Under the pieces are notes generated by a model. The model did not search any database, had not been told where the DNA came from, and worked only from the letters and a program-made list of their open reading frames with translations. From assembly GCA_035712025.1 (NCBI GenBank), contig DASTBO010000138.1, positions 4,935 through 68,934 of the forward strand: 64,000 nucleotides of DNA, written 5' to 3'. The DNA is from Solirubrobacterales bacterium (GTDB taxonomy: Bacteria; Actinomycetota; Thermoleophilia; Solirubrobacterales; 70-9). Both the position numbers and the translations under genes were made by a program. Of this stretch, positions 37,562-46,403 are shown piece after piece. How positions within the stretch are numbered: position 1 is the first letter of the stretch; each line of letters begins with the position of its first letter.

Positions 37562-38672
37562 GGCGACCGAGCACCAGGGCCGGGCGCGGGTGGCGCTGAG
37601 CGCGGCGCTCGCCGAGCCCTCCCACGCCTACCTCTTCCGCGGCCCGCGCGGGTCGGGGAAGCGGGCGGCGGCGCGCTCCTTCGCGGCCGAGATCCTCGCC
37701 GCCGCGGCCGCCGACCCCGAGGACGCGCGGCGGCGGGCGCTGCTCGACCCCTCGCCGCATCCCGACCTCGTCTGGCTGGCGCCGACCGGCGCCCAGCACA
37801 TGGTCGAGGAGGTGCGGGAGCGGGTGATCCGCGCCGCCGCCTACCGGCCCTTCGAAGGCGGCCGGCGGGTGTTCGTCGTCGAGGCGGCCGAGGCGATGCG
37901 CGACGAGAGCCAGAACGCGCTGCTGAAGACGCTGGAGGAGCCACCCGGGTTCGTCCACCTGATCCTGCTCAGCTCCGACCAGGAGGGCCTGCTGGAGACC
38001 GTCGCCTCCCGCTGCCAGCCGATCGATTTCGCCCCCCTTCCCGCGGAGGTGCTCGAACACGAGCTTGCCGACGGGCCGGAAACCGCTCTGTCTGAGCGCA
38101 AATCGGCCCGTCGCGACGGGGAGGTCGCCGCCGCGGCTCGCCTCGCCGCCGGCGACCTCGAGCGGGCGCGGCTGCTGCTGAGCGAGCGGGGGCGCGAGCT
38201 CCGCGCCGAGGCCGAGCGCTGCGTTACCGCCGCCCTCGCCGGGGAGTGCGCGGGCGCTCCCTGGAAGGCGCTCCTCGACGACGCACAGACCGCCGGCGCC
38301 GACGTCGAGGCGGCGGCCCGCGAAGCGCTCGAGGAGGAAGCGAAGGCGGGGATCAAACGCAGCGCCAAGGAGATCGCCGACGGCGCCAAACGCGCCGGTC
38401 GCCGCCGCCGCACCGAGATCCTCACCCTCGCCTACGAGCTCTGCGCGGCCTGGCTGCGCGATCTCGCCGCCGTCGCCGCCGGCGCCGAGGAGGTCGCCTT
38501 CAACCGCGACCGGCTCGAGCAGCTGCGCGCCCAGGCCGAGGGGCTGGATGCGGCCAAGGCCCGCCGCGGCGCCGAGCTCGTGCAGGAGACCCGCCGCGGC
38601 CTCGACCTCAACGTCAGCGAGGAGCTGGCGTTAGAGGCGCTTTTCTTCCGGCTCGAGACGCTGCTGGCCTGA
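37539..38672 (+). CDS. holB: DNA polymerase III delta' subunit
   Basis: 377 aa; HAYLFRGPRGSGKR, ..QNALLKTLEEPP.., SRCQ motif; carries the repeat insertion at codons 178-192. Confidence 0.85.
   Translation: MSTSPLLEATEHQGRARVALSAALAEPSHAYLFRGPRGSGKRAAARSFAAEILAAAAADPEDARRRALLDPSPHPDLVWLAPTGAQHMVEEVRERVIRAAAYRPFEGGRRVFVVEAAEAMRDESQNALLKTLEEPPGFVHLILLSSDQEGLLETVASRCQPIDFAPLPAEVLEHELADGPETALSERKSARRDGEVAAAARLAAGDLERARLLLSERGRELRAEAERCVTAALAGECAGAPWKALLDDAQTAGADVEAAAREALEEEAKAGIKRSAKEIADGAKRAGRRRRTEILTLAYELCAAWLRDLAAVAAGAEEVAFNRDRLEQLRAQAEGLDAAKARRGAELVQETRRGLDLNVSEELALEALFFRLETLLA
38070..38112. repeat. 43-nt palindromic repeat, copy 3 (in-frame inside holB)
   Basis: GACGGGCCGGAAACCGCTCTGTCTGAGCGCAAATCGGCCCGTC; 39/43 identical to 33587-33629 in the same orientation; GACGGG repeated at 38115-38120. 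Confidence 0.85.
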
Positions 38673-38679
38673 GGAACCG

Positions 38680-39144
38680 CTATGCGGCGTCCTCGGTCGT
38701 CGAAACAGCGCTGCTATTCCGACTCCCTGCGTCCTTGCCCAGCGGCCCCTCAGGCTCAGCAGATTGCCTGCGGGCCTGCTCGATCGCCCGCTCCTGCGCC
38801 AGTCGCGTTATCTGCGCCGCCTGGCGGGACATGATCACGCTGAAGTTGAGCGCCAGGCCGAGCAGCAGGAGGAGGACGATCGAGAAGAGGGCGACATTGG
38901 TGTTGCGCACGCCCATCGCGTCGGCGACCAGCTCGAGCAGGCCCGGGAAGGCGGCGCCGGCGAGCATCCCCAGCCCGGCGACGAACCAGATCACGCTGTA
39001 GCGCTCCTGCAGCCGGTCGCGGCGGATCAGGTCGAGGATCAGGAGCATGAAGAAGACCGCGATCACCGCGGCGACGATCCGCGTCTGCGAGGTGAGGTGG
39101 ACCTGCGGTTCGGCCCCACCCGCCGCCAGGATCAGCGCCTTCAT
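38680..39144 (-). CDS. DUF2304-like small membrane protein
   Basis: ATG at 39144 (ATGA overlap with the GT2 stop); ..LILDLIRRDRLQERYSVIWF.. typical of the GT2-associated family. Confidence 0.7.
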   Translation of the reverse strand: MKALILAAGGAEPQVHLTSQTRIVAAVIAVFFMLLILDLIRRDRLQERYSVIWFVAGLGMLAGAAFPGLLELVADAMGVRNTNVALFSIVLLLLLGLALNFSVIMSRQAAQITRLAQERAIEQARRQSAEPEGPLGKDAGSRNSSAVSTTEDAA

Positions 39145-39866
39145 TGCTCGGTCTCCGCCTGGCGCGGCCGGAACTGGCCGACGAGGAGGACGACCAGGCC
39201 CTTGAAGATGAAGAAGGCCGAGCGCACCGGCGTCAGGAAGGAGCTGCCGCCCGCCCGCTCCAGCATCCGCACCGGCAGCTCCTCGACCCGCAGGCCCTGG
39301 CGCACCGCCAGCTGCAGCGACTCGATCTCGGCGAAGTCCGGCGAGTAGTGCTGGCTGAAGAGCGCCATCACCCGTCGGTTCGCCGCCCGCATGCCGCTGG
39401 TCGTGTCGGTGAAGCGCTGCCGGGTCGCGAGGGTGAGGAAGAAGCGGAAGACGCTGGTCCCGATCCGCCGCGAGAGGGTCGGCCGGTAGTCGCCGCTGGC
39501 GGCGACGGCGCCGGCGTGGTAGCGCGACCCGATGACCAGGTCGGCGCGGCCCGCGGTCACCTCGCCGAGCAGGCGGGCGACCTCGTCGGGCGGGTGCTGC
39601 CCGTCGGCGTCGAGGTGGGCGCAGGCGTCGTAGCCGTTGCGCAGCGCGTAGAGGTAGCCGGTCTGCAGCGCCGCCCCGAGGCCCTGGTTGAAGGGCAGCG
39701 AGGCGACCAGGGCGCCGGCCTCGCGTGCCCGCTCGGCGGTGGCGTCGGCGGAGCCGTCGTCGACGACGAGGAGATCGGCCTCGGGCAGCGCCTTGCGGAC
39801 GTCGCCGATCACCGCGGCGATCGAAGCTTCCTCGTTCCAGGCAGGGATGAAGACCAGGGTCCGCAC
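39141..39866 (-). CDS. family 2 glycosyltransferase (polyprenol-phosphate sugar transferase-like)
   Basis: 241 aa, GTG start; VFIPAWNEE..VVDDGSAD..DADGQH motifs. Confidence 0.85.
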   Translation of the reverse strand: MRTLVFIPAWNEEASIAAVIGDVRKALPEADLLVVDDGSADATAERAREAGALVASLPFNQGLGAALQTGYLYALRNGYDACAHLDADGQHPPDEVARLLGEVTAGRADLVIGSRYHAGAVAASGDYRPTLSRRIGTSVFRFFLTLATRQRFTDTTSGMRAANRRVMALFSQHYSPDFAEIESLQLAVRQGLRVEELPVRMLERAGGSSFLTPVRSAFFIFKGLVVLLVGQFRPRQAETEQ

Positions 39867-39943
39867 AAGTCCAATTCTCCCATGCGGGCACGGATGGGCC
39901 CGGGCCCGCCGCCCCGAGGAGGGGATTGTGTTAGTAAATCTTC

Positions 39944-41242
39944 ATGCGAATCGGGATGCGCCTCTGGCTGACCGGCGCCTTCGCCGCGGTCAGCCTGATC
40001 ACCGCCGCGGCGGTCTACCTCTTCGGCGACAAGCCGCAGGCGCTGATCGCCTCGGTCACCGTCGGCGTGCTCGCCGGCTTCCTGATCGCGGTCGCGATCT
40101 CCCACCGCGTCGTCGGCCTCGCCCGCGCCGCCGGGGAAATGGCGGACGGCTCCTTCGACGCCCCGCTCAACACCTCCGGCCCCGACGAGATCGGCGACCT
40201 CGCCCGCGCCCTGGACTCGATGCGCGCCTCGCTGAAGGAGAGCTTCGGCGTCCTCTCCTCCGACCGCAACAAGCTGGCGGCGATCTTCGACGGCCTCACC
40301 GACGTGGTGATGGTCGTCGACTACGAAGGGCCGGTGCGCTTCTCCAACAGCGCCGCCTCGCGGCTGCTCGACGAGTCGGGGCAGCCGCCCGCGGTCGTCC
40401 TGCCGCAGCTCCACCGCGCCGCCGAGGTCGGCTTCTCGGCCCATCCGGCGCTGCGGATCGGCGACCGCGCCTACGCGATGACGGCCCGCTCGCTGCCCGA
40501 CGAGCGGGCCGTGCTCGCGGTGCTGCGCGACCGCACCGACGAGCTGCGCCAGGAGCTGGCCGAAGCCGACTTCGTCTCCAACGCCGCGCACGAGCTGCGC
40601 AACCCGCTGGCGGGGATCTCCGGCGCGATCGAGGTCCTGCAGGGCGGCGCCAAGAACGATCCCAAGGACCGCGACCACTTCCTCCGGCGCCTGGGCGAAG
40701 ACGCCGAGCGGATGAACCGGTTGACCCAGTCGCTGCTGACCCTGGCCCGGGTCGAGTCCCGCGGCGCGCCCGAGAGCGAGATCGTCGACGTGCCGCTGGC
40801 GGTCAAGGACGTGGTCAGCGCCTGCGACACGCCGCCCCACGTCGAGCTGGTCGTCGACGTCGAGTCCGACCTCGCCGCCACCGGCGACCCGACGCTGCTG
40901 CGGCAGGTGATGATCGGCTTGCTCACCAACGCCTTCAAGAACACGCCACCCCCCGGCACCGTTACCGTTCGCGGCCGCCATGACAGCGAGGGCGAGGTCA
41001 TCTTGGAGGTCATCGACACCGGAACGGGCATTCCCGCGGCGGAGCTGGAGCGCGTCTTCGAGCGCTTCTACCGTCGCTCGGAGTCGCGCAAGCAGGAGGG
41101 CTTCGGCCTCGGCCTGGCGATCGCCCGTCGGATGGTCGACGTGATGGGCGGCCGGATCGGCGCCGAGTCGGTGGAGGGGGAGGGCAGCACCTTCTGGGTG
41201 CGCCTCCCGATCGCGCAACCGAGCCCGACGCCCGTCGCATGA
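39944..41242 (+). CDS. sensor histidine kinase (2 TM, HAMP, PAS-like, HisKA, HATPase)
   Basis: 432 aa; H-box FVSNAAHELRNPL, N/G boxes LLTNAFKNT..DTGTGIP..GFGLGLAI. Confidence 0.9.
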   Translation: MRIGMRLWLTGAFAAVSLITAAAVYLFGDKPQALIASVTVGVLAGFLIAVAISHRVVGLARAAGEMADGSFDAPLNTSGPDEIGDLARALDSMRASLKESFGVLSSDRNKLAAIFDGLTDVVMVVDYEGPVRFSNSAASRLLDESGQPPAVVLPQLHRAAEVGFSAHPALRIGDRAYAMTARSLPDERAVLAVLRDRTDELRQELAEADFVSNAAHELRNPLAGISGAIEVLQGGAKNDPKDRDHFLRRLGEDAERMNRLTQSLLTLARVESRGAPESEIVDVPLAVKDVVSACDTPPHVELVVDVESDLAATGDPTLLRQVMIGLLTNAFKNTPPPGTVTVRGRHDSEGEVILEVIDTGTGIPAAELERVFERFYRRSESRKQEGFGLGLAIARRMVDVMGGRIGAESVEGEGSTFWVRLPIAQPSPTPVA

Positions 41243-41943
41243 GCAGCGGCCGCATCCTTATCGCCGACGACGAGCCGTCGGTCCGCGACTCGGTCGGCTA
41301 CGCGCTCGCCCAGGAGGGCTTCGAGGTCACCCCGGCCGCCGACGGCGACGAGGCCGCCGAGCTGCTGGGAAACGGCGTCCCCTTCGACCTGCTGATCCTC
41401 GACATCATGATGCCCGGCCCGAGCGGGCTCGACATCTGCCGCGACGTGCGCTCGCGCAGCGCCGTCCCGATCATCGTCCTCACCGCCAAAGACGCCGAGG
41501 TCGACAAGGTCGTCGGGCTCGAGGTCGGCGCCGACGACTACGTCACCAAGCCGTTCTCGGTGCGCGAGCTGCTGGGCCGCGTCCGCGCCCAGCTGCGGCG
41601 GCGCGAGCTCGACCGGGCGCCGCTCTCCCAGGCGGTGAAGATCGAATCCGGCCCGGTCTCGATCGACCTCGTCCGCCACGTCGCGACCGTGCGCGGGGTC
41701 CCGGTCAACCTCACCCGCTCGGAGTTCCAGCTGCTGCGGCTGCTCGTCGCCCGCCCGGGGGAGGTCTTCTCCCGCGCCCAGATCATGGAGGAGCTCTGGC
41801 AGACCGAGTTCGACGGCGACGAGCGGGCCTGCGACGTGCACATCTCCAACCTGCGCCAGAAGGTCGAGCGGGACCCGCAGAAGCCCGAACTGGTGCTGAC
41901 CGTGCGCGGGGTTGGCTATAAGTACAGCCCAGACGCAAACTAG
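41239..41943 (+). CDS. OmpR-family response regulator
   Basis: 234 aa; ATGA-type overlap with the kinase; [17 protein letters not shown]..; winged-helix ..[19 protein letters not shown]. Confidence 0.9.
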   Translation: MSSGRILIADDEPSVRDSVGYALAQEGFEVTPAADGDEAAELLGNGVPFDLLILDIMMPGPSGLDICRDVRSRSAVPIIVLTAKDAEVDKVVGLEVGADDYVTKPFSVRELLGRVRAQLRRRELDRAPLSQAVKIESGPVSIDLVRHVATVRGVPVNLTRSEFQLLRLLVARPGEVFSRAQIMEELWQTEFDGDERACDVHISNLRQKVERDPQKPELVLTVRGVGYKYSPDAN

Positions 41944-41954
41944 GAAAGGGTCCT

Positions 41955-42578
41955 ATGCCACTGGTACCGATGGTCGTCGAGCAGACCGCTCGCGGCGAGC
42001 GCTCGTTCGACATCTACAGCCGGCTGCTCGCGCAGCGGATCATCTTCCTCGGCGAGCCCGTCACCGAGGACCTCGCCAACCTGATCATCGCCCAGCTGCT
42101 TCACCTCGAGGCCGAGGACCCCGACAAGGACGTCAGCCTCTACATCAACTCGCCCGGCGGCTCCGCCTACGCCGGCCTGGCGATCTACGACACGATGCAG
42201 TTCGTCAAGCCCGACGTGCAGACGATCTGTTACGGGATCGCGATGTCGGCCGGGTCGCTGATCCTCACCGGCGGCGCCGCCGGCAAGCGGATGGCGCTGC
42301 CGAACAGCCGGATCCTGATCCACCAACCGAGCGGCGGCTTCGAAGGCCAGTCGAGCGACATCGAGATCCACGCCCGGGAGATCCTCGCCCTGCGCGAGCG
42401 GCTCGACCAGATCTACGTCAAGCACACCGGCCAGTCGGAGGAGCAGATCCACACCGACATGGAACGCGACAAATTCTTCCAGCCGCAGCAGGCGGTCGAG
42501 TACGGCCTGATCGACCGGGTGATCGCGTCGCACGAATTCTCCGCCGACGCACCGGGCAGCAACGGCTCGGCGCCGTAG
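41955..42578 (+). CDS. clpP: ATP-dependent Clp protease proteolytic subunit
   Basis: 207 aa; ..[25 protein letters not shown].. Ser-His-Asp context. Confidence 0.95.
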   Translation: MPLVPMVVEQTARGERSFDIYSRLLAQRIIFLGEPVTEDLANLIIAQLLHLEAEDPDKDVSLYINSPGGSAYAGLAIYDTMQFVKPDVQTICYGIAMSAGSLILTGGAAGKRMALPNSRILIHQPSGGFEGQSSDIEIHAREILALRERLDQIYVKHTGQSEEQIHTDMERDKFFQPQQAVEYGLIDRVIASHEFSADAPGSNGSAP

Positions 42579-42586
42579 ATCCCGCG

Positions 42587-42634
42587 GCGTCTCCGAGATT
42601 GTCCTTGCTATAGCGGGGAAAACCTCGGAGACGC
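42587..42634. terminator. inverted repeat at the convergent clpP / 42634 gene junction
   Basis: GCGTCTCCGAG ... CTCGGAGACGC (11-bp perfect arms, 26-nt AT-richer loop). Confidence 0.35.
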
Positions 42635-43029
42635 TAGGCCTTCAGCCGGCGTCGCGCCCAGAAGCAGGTGGCGGCTGCGCCGCCGCCTGCGAGCACTCCG
42701 CCGATCCCGGCGGCGCGGGTCTCCGGGCGCCGAGCCGAGACGCCGAGCGCGACCGCGTCGGCGAGATCGCAGGCGCTGGAGAGCAGCAGCGCCGAGCGCA
42801 GCGCCTGGCGGTCGTCGCGGGCGGCCAGGGTCAGGGCGCCGATCGCGAGGTCGCGGCCGCCGCCGAGTTTGGCGACGGCTTCGCCGGAGGCGTCGGTGGG
42901 GCCGAAGCGCAGCGCCCGCAGCGCCGGCTGGGTCGCGAAGAAGATCCCGATCCCCATCGCCACCCGGGCGGCGCCGACCCCCAGCGCCACCTGTCGCGCC
43001 CTGGGGTCGATCTTCTCCCGCCGGAACAT
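42634..43029 (-). CDS. hypothetical small membrane protein
   Basis: 131 aa, 3-4 hydrophobic segments, coding-like GC3; no family recognised. Confidence 0.55.
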   Translation of the reverse strand: MFRREKIDPRARQVALGVGAARVAMGIGIFFATQPALRALRFGPTDASGEAVAKLGGGRDLAIGALTLAARDDRQALRSALLLSSACDLADAVALGVSARRPETRAAGIGGVLAGGGAAATCFWARRRLKA

Positions 43030-43073
43030 GCCCCCATCCTTACCCGACCGGCGCCGATCTGCATCATGGGGGA

Positions 43074-43835
43074 GTGGCAGAGGGCGACACGATCCTGCGG
43101 CTGGCGCGCCGCTTCGAGGCGACGCTGCTGGGCGAGGAGGTGACGGGTGCAGCCCCGAACCCGCGCGGTAGGGCCGCGGGGATCGAGCGGCTCAGCGGCC
43201 GCACGCTCGAGGAGGTCCACGCCCACGGCAAGCACCTGCTGCTCGGCTTCGGCGAGGTCTCCCTCCACAGCCATCTGGGGATGAGCGGGGGCTGGCACTT
43301 CTACCGCCCGCGCGCCCGCTGGCGCCGGCCGCGCAGCTCGGCCTGGGGGGTTCTCTCCGGCGGCGGCTGGGACGCGGTCCAGTTCGGTGGCCCGACCTTG
43401 CAGGTGGGACCTACCGCACGCGTGCGGCGCAATCCCCAGCTGACGCGGCTGGGCCCCGACATCCTCGCCCCGGACTTCGACCCCGACGCGGCGATCGCGC
43501 TCATCCGCGCCGCCCCGACCCGCCGCCTCGGCGACGCCCTGCTCGACCAGCACCTGGTCGCCGGCATCGGCAACATCTTCAAGAGCGAGGCCTGCTTCGC
43601 GGCCCGCATCGACCCCTGGCGACCGGTCGGCGACCTCTCCGACGAGGAGCTGCGGAAGGTCCTGCTGGCGGCGCGCGAGCAGATGCTGAGCGCGGTCGAG
43701 CGCGGCGACCGGCACTCGTTCCGGATCTACAAACGGCGCCAGAGCGTCTGCCCCTCCTGTCGCGGCCCGGTCTCCTCGCGCGGCCAGGGCGACGCCAACC
43801 GCACCACCTACTGGTGCCCGCGGTGCCAAGGCTGA
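43074..43835 (+). CDS. nei: Fpg/Nei-family DNA glycosylase (endonuclease VIII-like) with Ala at position 2
   Basis: 253 aa, GTG start; (M)AEGDTI.., H2TH ..LLDQHLVAGIGNIFKSEA.., zinc finger CPSC..CPRC. Confidence 0.85.
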   Translation: MAEGDTILRLARRFEATLLGEEVTGAAPNPRGRAAGIERLSGRTLEEVHAHGKHLLLGFGEVSLHSHLGMSGGWHFYRPRARWRRPRSSAWGVLSGGGWDAVQFGGPTLQVGPTARVRRNPQLTRLGPDILAPDFDPDAAIALIRAAPTRRLGDALLDQHLVAGIGNIFKSEACFAARIDPWRPVGDLSDEELRKVLLAAREQMLSAVERGDRHSFRIYKRRQSVCPSCRGPVSSRGQGDANRTTYWCPRCQG

Positions 43836-44305
43836 GGCGCCGCCGGGCCGCTCCCCCGGCGCCCCCGCGCCCTCGCCCCAGCTCCTACTACCTGGTCGCG
43901 GGCGTCGCGCTGGATGCCGAGCTGGAGCGGCTGCGGGCGCTGCCGGTCTTCGCCGACGGCCCGCTGCCCGAGCGGCGGCCGCAACTCAAGGTGCGCCGCG
44001 CCAGCCGCAAACCCAACCGCCTCGGCTTCGCGGTCCCGAGCGAGTTCCGCCTCTCGGTCACCGCCTATCCTGGGATCCGCCCCGGCGACGTGCTCGAGAC
44101 CCTGCTGCACGAGCTGGTCCACCTCCACGTCGGCCGCGCCGCCGAAGCCCACGCCTGGCACGGCCCCACCTTCAAGCGGGTCCTCAACCGCGCCATGCGC
44201 GAGGCCTACGGAATGCGGATCCCAACCCCGCGCGCCACCCTCCACGGCCCCTACGCCGAGGCAATCGAGGCCTCAATCCGCCGAGACCGCAAAAAAGCAC
44301 CTTGA
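43814..44305 (+). CDS. SprT-like zinc metallopeptidase-domain protein
   Basis: 163 aa; HELVHLH (HExxH) in SprT-like context; start uncertain (GTG 43814 or 43823, overlapping the nei end). Confidence 0.55.
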   Translation: MPAVPRLRRRRAAPPAPPRPRPSSYYLVAGVALDAELERLRALPVFADGPLPERRPQLKVRRASRKPNRLGFAVPSEFRLSVTAYPGIRPGDVLETLLHELVHLHVGRAAEAHAWHGPTFKRVLNRAMREAYGMRIPTPRATLHGPYAEAIEASIRRDRKKAP

Positions 44306-44330
44306 GGGTGCCTTTTCGCGGTCTCGGCGG

Positions 44331-44468
44331 TCAAGCGTCGGCTTCCTCCTCGTCCCAGCGCCGGCCCTCGCGGAGGCGGTGGACGAGGAGGACGAGGATC
44401 ACGACCAGGGCCGGGGCGAAGACCGGCAGCGCCACCAGGGCGCTGTGGTGGGCGAGGGGGAGGGTCAC
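44331..44468 (-). CDS. possible 45-aa single-TM micro-protein coupled to the upstream membrane protein
   Basis: GTG at 44468 overlaps the stop of gene 44465-46309 (GTGA); VTLPLAHHSALVALPVFAPALVVILVLLVHRLREGRRWDEEEADA. Confidence 0.35.
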   Translation of the reverse strand: MTLPLAHHSALVALPVFAPALVVILVLLVHRLREGRRWDEEEADA

Positions 44469-46309
44469 CGGCCGCCGCCGTGCTGGAAGCCGAGACCCCG
44501 CAGTCGCAGCCGGCGCCGTCGCGGCGCGGGCGGTCCTCCGACGGCCAGCCGGTGCAGGGCCCAGGCGAGGAGCGCGAGCAGCGAGAGGGCGATCGCGACG
44601 ACCACCGAGTAGGCGAGGACCGTCAGAAACGGCGGTCCGGGCTTGGCCTCCCGCTGCAGCAGCTGGTGCTCGTCGCTGAAGCTGCGGGTGAAGTGGGCGG
44701 GGGCGGGGGTCTCGCCGACCGGGATCGCCTCGTCGCGGGGCAGGAAGATCGGCAGCGCGGTCAGGGAGCTGTTGTCGTGGAGCCGGATCATCGCCTTCCA
44801 GTTGCCGTGCACCGGGACCGGCTCGCTCGTCCGGTAGACGCCCGGCCCGGTCCGCTCCAGCGGCGCCACGACCAGGCCGCCGCCCTGCCAGGCGGTGACG
44901 TCGAACCACTCGGCGTCGGCGGCCGCGTCCGGCGGGCTGATCCGCACCGTGGCTTCGACTTCGCGATCCGGGGCGGCCTTGACCTCGCGCAGCGCGACCT
45001 GGGCGCTGACCCCCTCCTCGGTCGGCGTGTAGAGGCCGTAGGCGACGAGGGCCGCAAGGACGGCGGCGCTGCAGATCGCCGACCGGCGCAGCTGCGGCGA
45101 GCGCTCGACCGGCTCGGCGGCGAGGTGGGAGCCGATCCAGGCGCCGATCGTGGCGCCGGCGATCGCCCCCGCGAGGCCGACGATCGCCGCTTCGGGGAAG
45201 GCGGCGTCGGGCCAGGGGAGCGGCATCCAGATGTGGGACCAGGCCCACTCGGCCGCCAGGCCGACGGTGCCGATCCCGATCCCGGAGACGAGCCCGAAGC
45301 GCAGTGGCTTCTGGGTCGAGACGAAGAGGGCGACCGCCTCGACGACCGCCGCCTCGGCGAGGTAGAGCGGGAAGTGGGGGGTGGTCTGGCCGAGCACGGG
45401 GCCGACGACCAGCGCCAGCCCGCCGCGCAGGAGGATGAAGAACCCGGCCGCGCCGAGGGCGGCGCCCGGTCCCGCGTAGACGCGCGCCAGGGTCAGGCCG
45501 ACGCCGGCGGCGACCATCAGCATCAGCGGCTGGAAGATCAGCTGGAACTGGGGGACGCCGAAGTCGAACTCGGCCTGAAAGGTGGAGAGGCCGAGCATCA
45601 AGCCGCCGGTGAGGGCGACCGCGCGCGCCAGCCTGGTGTGGGCCAGCTCGACGATCGGCTCGTCGGCGGCGGCGTTGGCGCGCATCCCCTCGACCGTCAG
45701 CACCGCGATCCCGACCAGGGTCATCGCCGCCCCGCCGATCAGCATCAGGTGGGTCGGGCCCCAGAGGGTGACGTCCTGGCCGAAGAGGCGGTGCCAGACG
45801 TCGTCGAGCGGGAAGCCGATCAGCGAGAAGGCGCCGCAGGCGCAGATCAGGACGCCGCCGAGCGGTGCCCACCAGTCGCGGCCGATCCGGATCGCGACCG
45901 AGCTGGGGCGCTCCTTCGGCAGGACCATGGCGAAGAACCCGGCGCTGAAGATGCCGAAGAGGCCGGCGAGGATGAAGTAGTGGGCGGGGTTGGCGAGCGG
46001 ACCGGCGTCGCGGCCGTTGTCGATGTGGACCGAGATGTCCCAGTACATCCCGAACAGCGCAGTCAGCAGGGAGACGGTGGCGACACCCGACGGGAAGGCG
46101 ACCCAGCCGGGCATGCCGGAGGTGCGTTCGCTGTGGTCGGCGAGGCGCTGGAGGATCTGGACGCGGCCGCTGCGATGGCCGAGGCCGAGGAAGAGGAGCG
46201 CGGCGGTGACGATCGTCGCCGCCGTCGTCGCGATCACGATCTGGCCGATCTCGGCGCCACCCGCGGGCGGGGCGGCTGCGGCGAGAAGGGCTGCGAGGTC
46301 GAGGTTCAT
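44465..46309 (-). CDS. large polytopic membrane protein of unknown function with extracytoplasmic beta-rich domain
   Basis: 614 aa; ~12 TM segments, then a ~120-aa soluble segment and a final TM; no family recognised. Confidence 0.7.
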   Translation of the reverse strand: MNLDLAALLAAAAPPAGGAEIGQIVIATTAATIVTAALLFLGLGHRSGRVQILQRLADHSERTSGMPGWVAFPSGVATVSLLTALFGMYWDISVHIDNGRDAGPLANPAHYFILAGLFGIFSAGFFAMVLPKERPSSVAIRIGRDWWAPLGGVLICACGAFSLIGFPLDDVWHRLFGQDVTLWGPTHLMLIGGAAMTLVGIAVLTVEGMRANAAADEPIVELAHTRLARAVALTGGLMLGLSTFQAEFDFGVPQFQLIFQPLMLMVAAGVGLTLARVYAGPGAALGAAGFFILLRGGLALVVGPVLGQTTPHFPLYLAEAAVVEAVALFVSTQKPLRFGLVSGIGIGTVGLAAEWAWSHIWMPLPWPDAAFPEAAIVGLAGAIAGATIGAWIGSHLAAEPVERSPQLRRSAICSAAVLAALVAYGLYTPTEEGVSAQVALREVKAAPDREVEATVRISPPDAAADAEWFDVTAWQGGGLVVAPLERTGPGVYRTSEPVPVHGNWKAMIRLHDNSSLTALPIFLPRDEAIPVGETPAPAHFTRSFSDEHQLLQREAKPGPPFLTVLAYSVVVAIALSLLALLAWALHRLAVGGPPAPRRRRLRLRGLGFQHGGGR

Positions 46310-46391
46310 CTTGTAAATCCCCTGTCAGGTGGATTGCAGAAAGCGTGTTCCCTCATAAACGTTACCTCAAACGAGGTTACATTCGGAAAGG

Positions 46392-46397
46392 TAGAAT
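46392..46397 (+). promoter_or_regulatory. candidate -10 box (TAGAAT) giving a leaderless merR-like mRNA
   Basis: TAGAAT ends 6 nt before ATG 46404; no SD sequence in between. Confidence 0.35.
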
Positions 46398-46403
46398 CGT
46401 CAC

